Positions 37,377 through 47,360 of a DNA stretch of 64,000 bases are shown here, in pieces; within the stretch, counting starts at the first letter, position 1; the number at the start of each line of letters is the position of its first letter. The DNA lies in IMG/VR virus record IMGVR_UViG_3300025880_000012, positions 1 through 64,000 of that record, one strand, 5' to 3'. The notes under the pieces were generated by a model. It had not been told where the DNA came from. It saw only the letters and a program-made list of their open reading frames with translations, and made no database searches. Both the position numbers and the translations under genes were made by a program. The stretch is from a virus.

Positions 37377-38378
37377 TTATACAGATGCTAAAACATCAAT
37401 TTTATATCCTGTGGATGGAATTTCATCCGAGAACATAAATACTGCACTGCTTGTTGACGGATCTCCACTAAGTTGTACGCCAATGATAGGATCATCAGCA
37501 ACATAACTAGTAAGACTTCCTACAACTGCAGGAGCAGAAGCGAATCCAACACTACTATAATCAATAGTGACAGATATAGAGTTTTCACTTACATCTTCTT
37601 GAACAGCATATACATCGTTAGTGCTAACTAACAGCGCTAAGCTATCGATGTCATCTGCTACTGCGGTTTTGTTATCGCTGTCTTGAGTGTTCAAGCTTAA
37701 TACATCAGAATCTAGAACGGTAACATTACCAGCGTGTAGAGTTGACAAGCTATCGATGTTATCTGCTACTGCGGTTTTGTTATCGCTGTCTTGAGTATTC
37801 AAGCTTAATACATCAGAATCCAGAACGGTAACATTACCAGCGTGTAGAGTTGACAAGCTATCGATGTTATCTGCTACTGCGGTTTTGTTATCGCTGTCTT
37901 GAGTGTTCAAGCTAGATACATCAGAATCCAGAACGGTAACATTACCAGCATGTAGAGTTGACAAGCTATCGATGTCATCTGCTACTGCGGTTTTGTTATC
38001 GCTGTCTTGAGTGTTCAAGCTTAATACATCAGAATCCAGAACGGTAACATTACCAGCATGTAGAGTTGACAAGCTATCGATGTCATCTGCTACTGCGGTT
38101 TTGTTGGTGTTGTCTTGATTGTGTAAGCTTAGTACATCAGCATCAAGATTAGCATCATCGCCAGCGTGAAGAGTTGACAAACTAGTGATGTCAGTTTCTA
38201 CAGCGGTTTTGTTGGTGCTATCTTGAAGGTTTAAGCTAGACACATCAGATTCAATGCCTGCACGACTAATTAATACGTTGGAGCCATCTGTAATTTCAAA
38301 TGCTCCAGCTTCACTAGACTCAATGCGAACCTGATCGCCGTTGAGTGCCAATTTTTCGGTTGAGAATATTTTTGCCAT
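37377..38378 (-). CDS. Ser/Thr/Asp-rich coiled-coil fibre protein B
   Basis: 36-aa repeat NTQDSDNKTAVADDIDSLSTLHAGNVTVLDSDVLSL; C-terminal beta domain. Confidence 0.75.
   Translation of the reverse strand: MAKIFSTEKLALNGDQVRIESSEAGAFEITDGSNVLISRAGIESDVSSLNLQDSTNKTAVETDITSLSTLHAGDDANLDADVLSLHNQDNTNKTAVADDIDSLSTLHAGNVTVLDSDVLSLNTQDSDNKTAVADDIDSLSTLHAGNVTVLDSDVSSLNTQDSDNKTAVADNIDSLSTLHAGNVTVLDSDVLSLNTQDSDNKTAVADNIDSLSTLHAGNVTVLDSDVLSLNTQDSDNKTAVADDIDSLALLVSTNDVYAVQEDVSENSISVTIDYSSVGFASAPAVVGSLTSYVADDPIIGVQLSGDPSTSSAVFMFSDEIPSTGYKIDVLASV
37635..38250 (-). repeat. 108-bp tandem repeat (about 5.5 copies)
   Basis: gctactgcggttttgttatcgctgtcttgag recurring every 108 bp. Confidence 0.9.
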
Positions 38379-38417
38379 ACCAATATTTATTTTAGGTTAG
38401 GAACCACATTCAACCAA

Positions 38418-39542
38418 TTAGATAGACGCCAATACGTCGAATGTATAATTATCCGAAGGAATTGAGTCAGAGAATACAAACGTTGCACTAGTTGTGCTAG
38501 GAGCCCCACTAAGTTGAGCACCAATGATAGGATCATTAGCTCCTGTGCTTCTGAGAGTTCCAACAACTGCAGGTGCACTAGTGAATCCAGCACTAGTGTA
38601 ATCTACAGTGATAGATGCGATACCAGCTTGCATTCCATCGGTAGATGTAAGATTGTCAGCATATACATCATTTGTACTAATGATTGCTGACAAGCTAGCG
38701 ATACTACTGTCAAGAGTACTTTTGTTAGTGGAATCTTGAGTGTCGAGACTTCCGACTTGACTATCAAGACTGCTAACATTTGTGCTTTCAACGGTAGCTA
38801 AACTAGCGATACTGCTGTCGAGAGAACTCAGGTTAGCGGAATCTTGAGTGTCGAGACTTCCGACTTGACTATCAAGGCTGCTAACGTTTGTGCTTTCAAC
38901 GGTAGCTAAACTAGCGATACTGCTGTCGAGAGAACTCAGGTTAGCGGAATCTTGAGTGTCGAGACTTCCGACTTGACTATCAAGACTGCTAACATTTGTG
39001 CTTTCAACGGTAGCTAAACTAGCGATGCTGCTATCAAGAGAGCTCAGGTTAGCGGAATCTTGAGTGTCGAGACTTCCGACTTGACTATCAAGGCTGCTAA
39101 CATTTGTGCTTTCAACGGTAGCTAAACTAGCGATGCTGCTATCAAGAGAACTCAGGTTAGCGGAATCTTGAGTGTCGAGACTTCCGACTTGACTATCAAG
39201 GCTGCTAACATTTGTGCTTTCAACAGAAGCTAAACTAGCGATACTGCTGTCGAGAGAACTCAGGTTAGCGGAATCTTGAGTGTCGAGACTTCCGACTTGA
39301 CTATCAAGGCTGCTAACATTTGTGCTTTCAACGGTAGCTAAACTAGCGATACTGCTGTCGAGAGAACTCAGGTTAGCGGAATCTTGAGTGTTCAAGCTTC
39401 CGATGTCAGATTCAATCGTAGCACGACTAATTAGTACATTGTCATTAGCGTCTGTAATTTCAAACGCTCCAGCTGTACTCGACTTAATGCGGATACTATC
39501 CTCATTAATTGATAATTTCTCGGTTGAGAATATCTTTGCCAT
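38418..39542 (-). CDS. Ser-rich coiled-coil fibre protein A
   Basis: 36-aa repeat DTQDSANLSSLDSSIASLATVESTNVSSLDSQVGSL; paralogue of 37377. Confidence 0.75.
   Translation of the reverse strand: MAKIFSTEKLSINEDSIRIKSSTAGAFEITDANDNVLISRATIESDIGSLNTQDSANLSSLDSSIASLATVESTNVSSLDSQVGSLDTQDSANLSSLDSSIASLASVESTNVSSLDSQVGSLDTQDSANLSSLDSSIASLATVESTNVSSLDSQVGSLDTQDSANLSSLDSSIASLATVESTNVSSLDSQVGSLDTQDSANLSSLDSSIASLATVESTNVSSLDSQVGSLDTQDSANLSSLDSSIASLATVESTNVSSLDSQVGSLDTQDSTNKSTLDSSIASLSAIISTNDVYADNLTSTDGMQAGIASITVDYTSAGFTSAPAVVGTLRSTGANDPIIGAQLSGAPSTTSATFVFSDSIPSDNYTFDVLASI
38690..39405 (-). repeat. 108-bp tandem repeat (about 6.5 copies)
   Basis: ggaatcttgagtgtcgagacttccgacttgactatcaag recurring every 108 bp. 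Confidence 0.92.
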
Positions 39543-39588
39543 ACCTTTATGTACAGCTAATTATCTATTTTGTGAAATTTTTTTTTGA

Positions 39589-41985
39589 CTATTTTGAGCC
39601 CCAATACCGCATAAACACTGACTTTAAGCTATTTCCGTAAGCCATAAAGTGCATAATAAAAGTTTCATTATCAACAAACCTTGGATCGGTATTAAATTTA
39701 CTCATTGGGAATATTTTTCTATTATTTCCATGAGGGTCAGATCGTTTAAGGATATCACAAAACACTTCTTGATCTCCTCCGCTAGAATACAGTTCACTTT
39801 TATTTCCATGGAAATCTTTCCATTTTTTTATTAGGTTTTTTGTATACTTGTGATTTTTAAAAATTACAACTCCACTATTTAACATAGAATTATATCCAAT
39901 ATCCTCACAAGCAATTATTTTTTTAATTGGAACACACTCACTTAAAATATTTTCAAACTTTTGATTTGGGTTAAAAATGATAGTATCAGAATCCATCCAT
40001 ACAATTGTTTCGTGGTTATCGAAATGATTGAGGATAGCATGTGATTTAGACCAGTTTGGGTGAGATTCTTTATCTAGCCTGTCTCTATAAACGTGAAATG
40101 TATATCCTTGCTTGAAAGCATAATCGCGGATACTAATTTCGGATTCAATTGCGTATTCTGATATTTCAGGAGTATATAATGAAACGATACCTATTTTTTG
40201 TCCAGGGTTATAGCAAGTGTATTTCTCTTGAGGCACTTCTCTCTTTGGTAAATTTTTAGCTACAAAATCAAGAAAATTATATTTTTGAAATTTTTGCCAT
40301 TCATTTTTTAATTTAATGAATTCTTTTTGCTTAGATGTAACATCATCAAATGATCTGATAATGGGGTAAAAAATACTAAACTTCCTCCAAAATTCAGAAC
40401 CCAAACAATCACTATTCCAGGGTTTATCTTTTCCGATAAAATGTAATACTCCTTGAGTATGTTCCACTACACCATCCCTTTTTAATAAATGAACCCCATT
40501 TTCTTGGAGTGTAATGCAGTGCTCTAATTTAAAAAGGTTATTGGAGGCACCCTTCAGTTGATCAGGAACGAGTATATTTAATTCGTCGGGCAGTACATCA
40601 AAATTACATTTGCAGAATAGATTTATTACATCTTGATCTCCTCCAGTCGTTGGAATTTGATAATTATTTTGTCTTTTTTCGTTCAAGCAAAAATCTGTAA
40701 ATTTTTCTTTTCGAAGTCTTTCTAAATTTAAAACAATAACTCCACAATTCCCGAGCACTCGATCTCCAAAACTAAGTGGATTTTTATTCTCAGTCACGGT
40801 TCCTTTAGAACCGTTAAATGTTCGCCAGCCATTCTTAATCTCTGGCCTCAGCGCAATTCCAGAAATATCTGTTTTTATATTATCAAATGCACTTAAATTA
40901 ACATAAGGAATTGTATCTATATCAAAGTATATAACCCTATTAACGTCTTGAAGTATCTCCGGCATTTGTAATTTTAAATTTGCCGAGCTTGATATATGAC
41001 TTATAGATTTCCATGATTGATCGCACTCAATTATTAACTCTTTCTGCATGTATTTCTTGAAAGTGATATTGTGCTTGTTTACTAAAAATTGCTCTATAAA
41101 AGTTAAGTCAGATTCTTCTCCAGAATAAATAAAATGAATATTAATGTTATTATTTGTATTTTGTTGACACAATGCATTAATTGGATTTATTGCGTACTCT
41201 ATTAAATTAGAATCGCAACAAAAGCACACATCATAAGTAGAATTAGTTTCTTCAGTAAATTTATCTTCATCAAACCTAATATCGGAATTTTTATCTAATT
41301 CTATATTATCATTCTCTTCGTGTAACTGTCTAGCCATTAATGGATTAAGGTGAAATAATTTATTTGGCGCGGAGAATAATTTATTTTTATTTACAAAATT
41401 AATCATAAAGAAATCCAGGGCGCCATCAAATCCTCTTTGTTCAACCCATTGACACATTAAAGAGGCACATTGTTTCGATATAACGTAAGAGGAAGCATTC
41501 ATGTGCCAATAGTGATCATCCTTAATGAAGAAGTCTTGCTTTTTAATATTATTAAAATAATTATTGTATGGTTGTAACACTTTGTGATAACTAGGCTTAT
41601 TATATGGTTGACAGCCGCCGAGATATATCAAGGAGTAATCGCTAGGCATAGAGTGCGACCATACACTATTCCAGAATTTAGTAAAACCTTCCTCAAACAC
41701 TACATCATCTTCTAATATTAAATAATTATCTGCATTTTGATCTTCTACTAACTGCTTCCATAATCTATAATGACTAATTGCACATGCTATTTCTGATTTT
41801 TTCTTTTTTAAATATAAATCATCAGGAAATAGTTTTTTAATTTCCTCCGTGAGCTCTAGGGATTTAGAGTCAATAGCAGGAAACCTTTCTGTAAAAAATG
41901 GAGTATTTTTATATATATGATCTAACCGATCAGTTCGTCTATCGAGATTGATAAAAAAAGATTTAGATATTTTATTTAATTTCAC
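39589..41985 (-). CDS. tri-domain glycosyltransferase (GT25 + GT8 + GT34-like)
   Basis: INLDRRTDR/ACAISH/ILEDD; VIYFDID/NCGV/GDQDVIN/HFIGKDKPW; WSK/VWMDSD/LNSGV/GDQEV/MHF. Confidence 0.8.
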   Translation of the reverse strand: MKLNKISKSFFINLDRRTDRLDHIYKNTPFFTERFPAIDSKSLELTEEIKKLFPDDLYLKKKKSEIACAISHYRLWKQLVEDQNADNYLILEDDVVFEEGFTKFWNSVWSHSMPSDYSLIYLGGCQPYNKPSYHKVLQPYNNYFNNIKKQDFFIKDDHYWHMNASSYVISKQCASLMCQWVEQRGFDGALDFFMINFVNKNKLFSAPNKLFHLNPLMARQLHEENDNIELDKNSDIRFDEDKFTEETNSTYDVCFCCDSNLIEYAINPINALCQQNTNNNINIHFIYSGEESDLTFIEQFLVNKHNITFKKYMQKELIIECDQSWKSISHISSSANLKLQMPEILQDVNRVIYFDIDTIPYVNLSAFDNIKTDISGIALRPEIKNGWRTFNGSKGTVTENKNPLSFGDRVLGNCGVIVLNLERLRKEKFTDFCLNEKRQNNYQIPTTGGDQDVINLFCKCNFDVLPDELNILVPDQLKGASNNLFKLEHCITLQENGVHLLKRDGVVEHTQGVLHFIGKDKPWNSDCLGSEFWRKFSIFYPIIRSFDDVTSKQKEFIKLKNEWQKFQKYNFLDFVAKNLPKREVPQEKYTCYNPGQKIGIVSLYTPEISEYAIESEISIRDYAFKQGYTFHVYRDRLDKESHPNWSKSHAILNHFDNHETIVWMDSDTIIFNPNQKFENILSECVPIKKIIACEDIGYNSMLNSGVVIFKNHKYTKNLIKKWKDFHGNKSELYSSGGDQEVFCDILKRSDPHGNNRKIFPMSKFNTDPRFVDNETFIMHFMAYGNSLKSVFMRYWGSK

Positions 41986-43085
41986 TTATTCTCTAACAAC
42001 AATTGATATTGATTCAATATAGAAGTTTGATACGGACTGTATTTAGCGACAAACTCCCTACCTCTTTGTGTATATTCATCATGGACTTTTTCATGATTTA
42101 GTATTGCATTCTTTAACTGTTTAGCTCCCATATCCACATTAAAGTCAGGATAATAGTAACCTTCATTCATTAATGTTTTTGAGTTATGTACGAGAGGTAG
42201 CCCCATATAAAGAGCCTCAAAATGCGCATAATTTAAATCGTTATCATACTGATGAGAGACAATTGTTCCGCCGAATTTAGAAAAAGCATCTAGACTGCAC
42301 CAGCGATTATTAAAGAAAGTGAATTGTCCCCTGCTGACAATTTCATATCTTGACATATGAACCTTGAAAAAAGTATTCTCTCTAACTTTTTCTGTGCAAT
42401 AAATATTGACTTTTGACAATTCGTTAGGAAAGAGTGTTTCAAATTTTTGGGCAATACAAAAAGGAATCAGGAAATGCTTATTAACTAATGTATTCGATTC
42501 AAAGATTTGAACAGAATTTACTGTTTCAGGTTTAAAAAATGGGTCGCCCCCTCGCTTTTTTATCTCGTCAATTTTATCTTGAATAAAGTATGTGTCCCAC
42601 ACATATGGAGCAACTTTAACATTTTCATTATCATAATGAACCTTAACATACTCTGAACCAAAATCATGGTGAGGAGATACCCAAATCGCATCTAAAACTT
42701 TACCAATATCAGTCGAATTAGCTTCCACATTATCGTCTTCTGGAGGATGTAAGATTCCTCTCAAGTCAAACATTACCTTATTGCCTAATTGTAATAAAAA
42801 TATTTTTGAATTTTTTCTCCTTCTCTTTAATTCAATTAAGGTTTTAGTGTGAACTTCAAATCCAGCCAAAATAATAACATCAAAACTTTCAGATTGGTCG
42901 TTTACGACATCCGAAAGCATCATATATTTATGATTAAAATTTAATTTTCTGTTTGGTTTTTCTCTCGTTAAATAATAGACTTCGTGCCCCAATCTAAAAA
43001 ATATATCATAAATAAACTTAACATTCTGATTAAGTCCATTAGACCAAAAACTATTAGCTAGATTAAGAGTGATTCCAATTTTCAT
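41982..43085 (-). CDS. DUF2827-like putative glycosyltransferase
   Basis: FWSNGLNQN; VSHQYDNDLNYAHFEALYMGLPLVHNS; GYYYPDFN. Confidence 0.7.
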   Translation of the reverse strand: MKIGITLNLANSFWSNGLNQNVKFIYDIFFRLGHEVYYLTREKPNRKLNFNHKYMMLSDVVNDQSESFDVIILAGFEVHTKTLIELKRRRKNSKIFLLQLGNKVMFDLRGILHPPEDDNVEANSTDIGKVLDAIWVSPHHDFGSEYVKVHYDNENVKVAPYVWDTYFIQDKIDEIKKRGGDPFFKPETVNSVQIFESNTLVNKHFLIPFCIAQKFETLFPNELSKVNIYCTEKVRENTFFKVHMSRYEIVSRGQFTFFNNRWCSLDAFSKFGGTIVSHQYDNDLNYAHFEALYMGLPLVHNSKTLMNEGYYYPDFNVDMGAKQLKNAILNHEKVHDEYTQRGREFVAKYSPYQTSILNQYQLLLENK

Positions 43086-44119
43086 GAAAGCAACTTTCTA
43101 TATTGCTCTCGAACACGGTCATTGTCAGGAGAAAATTTATGTAATACGTTTTTAGCTGCCGACCTATATGTATCTATATTGTCGTCGTGAAATTTTAAAG
43201 CTCTAATTAATTGTTCTGCGCCAGTATTAATATCATAACCAGGGTAAAAATAACCAACCTCTTTAATGTCAAAAGAATTATGTATGAGAGGTATATCTAA
43301 ATATAAAGCCTCAAGGTATACATAATTTAAAGAATTTAAAATTTGATGGGAAACGATAACATTAGATGTATCAAATATATCTTTCATTGAAATTCTATCG
43401 CCAAAAAATGATTTATTGTGCTTGACTATATCTAGTTTTGACATCAAACTTCTAAAGTATAACTTTTCTCTAAATTTAGCAGAACAATAAACTTGTAGAT
43501 TATGTATTAAGTGGGGTTCTTGTTTGTAGGTCGCCTCGACTAGATAGATAGGAATTAAACAATTTTTAGTCATGTTAAGATTGGGCTCCATGATGCCAAT
43601 GTTTTTGTCTTGACCGGGTTGATATCTTTGCGACGAATCCATGTATTTAGGGCTCCATATATAAGGAATATTGAAGACTTTTTGTGTATTGTAAAAAGTT
43701 TGTAAATACGGTATAGAAAAAGAATAATGAGGAGACACCCAAACTTCGTCAATATTATCTGTATTTAATGCAACTTTATCCGTCGAGTCACAAAACTCGA
43801 TATCAGTCATCAATCTATTACCATAATGCACATGAACATGCCTACATCTTGGATTTTTACTTTTTGCGATATCAATCGTTTCTTTTTTTAATAACGATCC
43901 AGTTTGTAATACATAATCAAATTCATAGTCACCAATTTCATGTTCCTCCATGATTAAAATATCCAAAGGAGGGTCGACACATTCTTCTACATCATGATTC
44001 ACGCAAATAGAAACATTATAACCCATATCCTTGAGCATCTCCGCCAAGAATACTATATTTTGATTTAATCCATTTACGAACAAACTTCTATTAAAAGTCG
44101 CAGTTAATAATATATTCAT
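43082..44119 (-). CDS. DUF2827-like putative glycosyltransferase (start ATG 44119)
   Basis: LFVNGLNQN; EPNLNMTK; VSHQILNSLNYVYLEALYLDIPLIHNS; GYFYP. Confidence 0.7.
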   Translation of the reverse strand: MNILLTATFNRSLFVNGLNQNIVFLAEMLKDMGYNVSICVNHDVEECVDPPLDILIMEEHEIGDYEFDYVLQTGSLLKKETIDIAKSKNPRCRHVHVHYGNRLMTDIEFCDSTDKVALNTDNIDEVWVSPHYSFSIPYLQTFYNTQKVFNIPYIWSPKYMDSSQRYQPGQDKNIGIMEPNLNMTKNCLIPIYLVEATYKQEPHLIHNLQVYCSAKFREKLYFRSLMSKLDIVKHNKSFFGDRISMKDIFDTSNVIVSHQILNSLNYVYLEALYLDIPLIHNSFDIKEVGYFYPGYDINTGAEQLIRALKFHDDNIDTYRSAAKNVLHKFSPDNDRVREQYRKLLS

Positions 44120-44134
44120 TAGTATAATATACAC
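44120..44134 (-). promoter_or_regulatory. GTGTA putative late promoter (glycosyltransferase operon)
   Basis: 15 nt before ATG 44119. Confidence 0.6.
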
Positions 44135-44158
44135 CAATGAATGATGGGGGGAAATATT

Positions 44159-44560
44159 TTAGAAATTATTTATATCTTCTTGCTTTTGCCATTCGTTGAA
44201 TTTATGTTTTAATTCGAAATATTTATTTTGAACATATTGAAAGTAACCTAATTCGCTAAAATCACATTGATCTACCATTTTTTGCAATGTATGTTCGACT
44301 ACATTTAATATTGAAATTTTAGTTTGATGTCTAGATTCAAATGATTGAATGTTTGAATATATACCCTGAATGTGTTTTTTAATTAAATTAATATCATTGT
44401 TTAATTCTGGATGCTCCTTTTGAATAAATTTAGCAAATATCTGCAGAGACCCCTCTTCTAGTTCTGAAATATTACCAAGAAGTTCCTTTAAGAATTTTTG
44501 TTCTTGTAGATAAGTGAAGTATATATTTTTATGGGAAGTTTGATTTAACTCTTTAAACAT
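44159..44560 (-). CDS. hypothetical helical protein
   Basis: ORF within the operon. Confidence 0.55.
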   Translation of the reverse strand: MFKELNQTSHKNIYFTYLQEQKFLKELLGNISELEEGSLQIFAKFIQKEHPELNNDINLIKKHIQGIYSNIQSFESRHQTKISILNVVEHTLQKMVDQCDFSELGYFQYVQNKYFELKHKFNEWQKQEDINNF

Positions 44561-44567
44561 AATCAAT

Positions 44568-47345
44568 TTAATTAGGAGTAACTGTAGGTGTTAAACTAGA
44601 GGTTGGCGTGATGCTGGTTGTTATTGATGGTGTAACTGTAGGTGTTAAACTAGAGGTTGGCGTGATACTGGTTGTTATTGATGGTGTAACTGTAGGTGTT
44701 AAACTAGAGGTTGGCGTGATGCTGGTTGTTATTGATGGTGTAACTGTAGGTGTTAAACTAGAGGTTGGCGTGATGCTGGTTGTTATTGATGGTGTAACTG
44801 TAGGTGTTAAACTAGAGGTTGGCGTGATGCTGGTTGTTATTGATGGTGTAACTGTAGGTGTTAAACTAGAGGTTGGCGTGATACTGGTTGTTATTGATGG
44901 TGTAACTGTAGGTGTAGGAGTAGGACTAGGACTAGGACTAGGACTTGGTTGAATCGATAAAACTTTTTTGTCTGTATCTGTAATCATTAAATCTAGAAAG
45001 TATCCAGATTGCGGGATAACATTTGAAAATTTAACATGGACCTGATTACTGGTTGGTACGGAATATATGCTGGCGGTAATAAAATTACTATCTATATTGG
45101 GAAGAATAATAGATGGATCAACGAAAGGAGAGCCAGTAAAATTTAAACTAGCATAATCAATAGATACATTATCCATTCCAGAGCTAAGAGGTAATCGAGA
45201 CGTATAAATCTTTTGAGAGTTTAACTGATCTAAAATATTATTGTAAGTATAATCTACGTAACTAACAGTTGACGCATGATCTTGAGAACCCGAATGGTCG
45301 TATAAAATAACCTTATGACCACTAGTTACATAAATATCGCTATCAAATGTTTTTTGGCCAAAAATAGTTTGAGTGGTATTAGTATTAACTAATTCATTTT
45401 CTAATAAATAATTTATGTCATTTACATTTCCTTCGATCACATCTTGGCGATGTACGTCTACATTTACAATAGAATCATTATTAAAATGAAATAACTCAAA
45501 AACTCCGGAGCCGGTCTGAAAAGCATTATAAGGTTCAAAATGATACATATAATACTGACCACTAATATAAGATCCTGAATAATCGTTTCCTTCAACATTG
45601 TAACGTTGATTTCTCTGAATGGTGTCGTCTGTATATAAAAGATGATTACCCAGGGTAGTCTCTCGATGAGGGTAGCTTTTGTATTCACTAAAAGAGAAGT
45701 TTGAGTTTATTGAAGAGCTAAAATTACCAGAAATAGGAACTGCTACACCTTTATGTCTCTCCCTAATTCCAACTATATTATGTACAAGATTTGAATTTTT
45801 AAGAGTATAAGAAATTGTGTCTTGAGGGGAAACTTCTACATTAAAATTAATGTTTAACTCAGGAGGTAAAACTTCACCTTCAATATTTCCAGATTCGTAA
45901 ATAATAGATTCATCTAATGCATTGACAAATTTAAAATCGTAATTAGCATAACCTGAGTAAGCTATTATACTATCTCCATGATAGTCAAGAAAGCTAGTAT
46001 CATTTTGGCCTGAGTAAATTAATTTGACTAACCCGGTATTTTCAATACTGGGTGAAGTTTCGAAAGAAAGTTCTGAGTAACCATGGAAGTAATCAAAAGT
46101 TAAATTTTTCTCAGATATGCTTGGTAGAGGTATTGTGATCTGGCGAGTTAAATAATCTTCAAGAGAATTCGATCCACTTTCATGCAATGCAATAGTAGAA
46201 TAAAATATATCATGTTCTCCAGTTCTATTATGGAAAAATTCAAATTCGAGGCTACTTAATGAATCAAGTGTTCCAGTAAAATAAGAGTGTTCTGAAAAAG
46301 CTAAAGATTTATCTGAGTCAATTGATATTAATCCATATGAACCTATATCATTCAAATTAGAAAAAGTAAAGTTATTATAAATATATTGATCGTCGCTAGA
46401 TAATGTAAAATTAGTTATATGATTTGACTGGCCAGCAGAGTCAATGCTAACTTGGTTTACATAGTATAAAGATTTATTATATGCATAATTTAGCCCACTG
46501 CCATTCCAATTATAGGGAGTTACTTCAAGAAAGCCAGATTGACCTGTGGGGTAATCTATATTGAATTTTTTTGTAGTTGATATGCCAGTAATGAAAGGGT
46601 TAGTATGATCAACATTATCGCTAACACTGTAGAGATAACCGGAAACATTGTTTAATGAAGTTGATAAAGAAATAGATAGATCCACATAGCCATCACTATA
46701 ACCCTCAAAACTGTGAGCACAACTTTCAATAAATGGAGGATAATTATTAAATTGAATAAATCCAGTAGTCGAATGATTGTGAACATCCTTCAGAATAAAT
46801 TCACCAGATATAAAGTGCTCAGAATAAATGTTCTCAAAATCAATTTCATTACCAAAAGATACTCCAGAAAACAAAGTTTGATCATTAGCAATAAAACGAT
46901 AATCAATCGACGTAAATAAAGGTTCTTCATTCAAGTTTTCAATAATTTCGCCATCTCTGACATTTTTAATGGATAGAGATATATTATTCAGTCTATTTAA
47001 GTAATCTATCTCACTGTAATAATATAATCCATTTTTATAAAAACTTACAGGAGAGTCATTAAAGTCAAAACCAACAAAGACATCGAAATTATTAAGTTCG
47101 CCGAAATTTGATACAGGCACAGACTTAATCTCACTAGAATAGTGTGCAGGGGTAATCAGAAAATCATCAATATAACCATAAACATTAACATACATACTAT
47201 CACCCTCAGACAAACCTGATCCAGTATAATAGTTATTATATGATGTTATATTTTGATATATAGAATCATTAAGGTAGCTTTGAATATTATACCTAGAGTA
47301 AGGTTCAGGGGGCCATGTGAAGCTAATATATCCAGTGGGTTCCAT
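44568..47345 (-). CDS. tail tip-associated protein (FN3-like region, shared fibre beta domain, PT repeats)
   Basis: Follows the J-like gene; [24 protein letters not shown]3-like ends; C-terminal repeats. Confidence 0.6.
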   Translation of the reverse strand: MEPTGYISFTWPPEPYSRYNIQSYLNDSIYQNITSYNNYYTGSGLSEGDSMYVNVYGYIDDFLITPAHYSSEIKSVPVSNFGELNNFDVFVGFDFNDSPVSFYKNGLYYYSEIDYLNRLNNISLSIKNVRDGEIIENLNEEPLFTSIDYRFIANDQTLFSGVSFGNEIDFENIYSEHFISGEFILKDVHNHSTTGFIQFNNYPPFIESCAHSFEGYSDGYVDLSISLSTSLNNVSGYLYSVSDNVDHTNPFITGISTTKKFNIDYPTGQSGFLEVTPYNWNGSGLNYAYNKSLYYVNQVSIDSAGQSNHITNFTLSSDDQYIYNNFTFSNLNDIGSYGLISIDSDKSLAFSEHSYFTGTLDSLSSLEFEFFHNRTGEHDIFYSTIALHESGSNSLEDYLTRQITIPLPSISEKNLTFDYFHGYSELSFETSPSIENTGLVKLIYSGQNDTSFLDYHGDSIIAYSGYANYDFKFVNALDESIIYESGNIEGEVLPPELNINFNVEVSPQDTISYTLKNSNLVHNIVGIRERHKGVAVPISGNFSSSINSNFSFSEYKSYPHRETTLGNHLLYTDDTIQRNQRYNVEGNDYSGSYISGQYYMYHFEPYNAFQTGSGVFELFHFNNDSIVNVDVHRQDVIEGNVNDINYLLENELVNTNTTQTIFGQKTFDSDIYVTSGHKVILYDHSGSQDHASTVSYVDYTYNNILDQLNSQKIYTSRLPLSSGMDNVSIDYASLNFTGSPFVDPSIILPNIDSNFITASIYSVPTSNQVHVKFSNVIPQSGYFLDLMITDTDKKVLSIQPSPSPSPSPTPTPTVTPSITTSITPTSSLTPTVTPSITTSITPTSSLTPTVTPSITTSITPTSSLTPTVTPSITTSITPTSSLTPTVTPSITTSITPTSSLTPTVTPSITTSITPTSSLTPTVTPN
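44578..44915 (-). repeat. 54-bp tandem repeat x6 ([18 protein letters not shown])
   Basis: ggtgtaactgtaggtgttaaactagaggttggcgtgat(g/a)ctggttgttattgat. Confidence 0.95.
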
Positions 47346-47360
47346 GATGATATTATAAAA

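Noticed and set aside
37635-39405. CRISPR-like array
   Set aside because: Repeats are contiguous, in-frame coding units without unique spacers; no cas genes
44608-44952. Plus-strand ORF of hydrophobic repeats
   Set aside because: Antisense reading of the 54-bp repeat of the minus-strand gene
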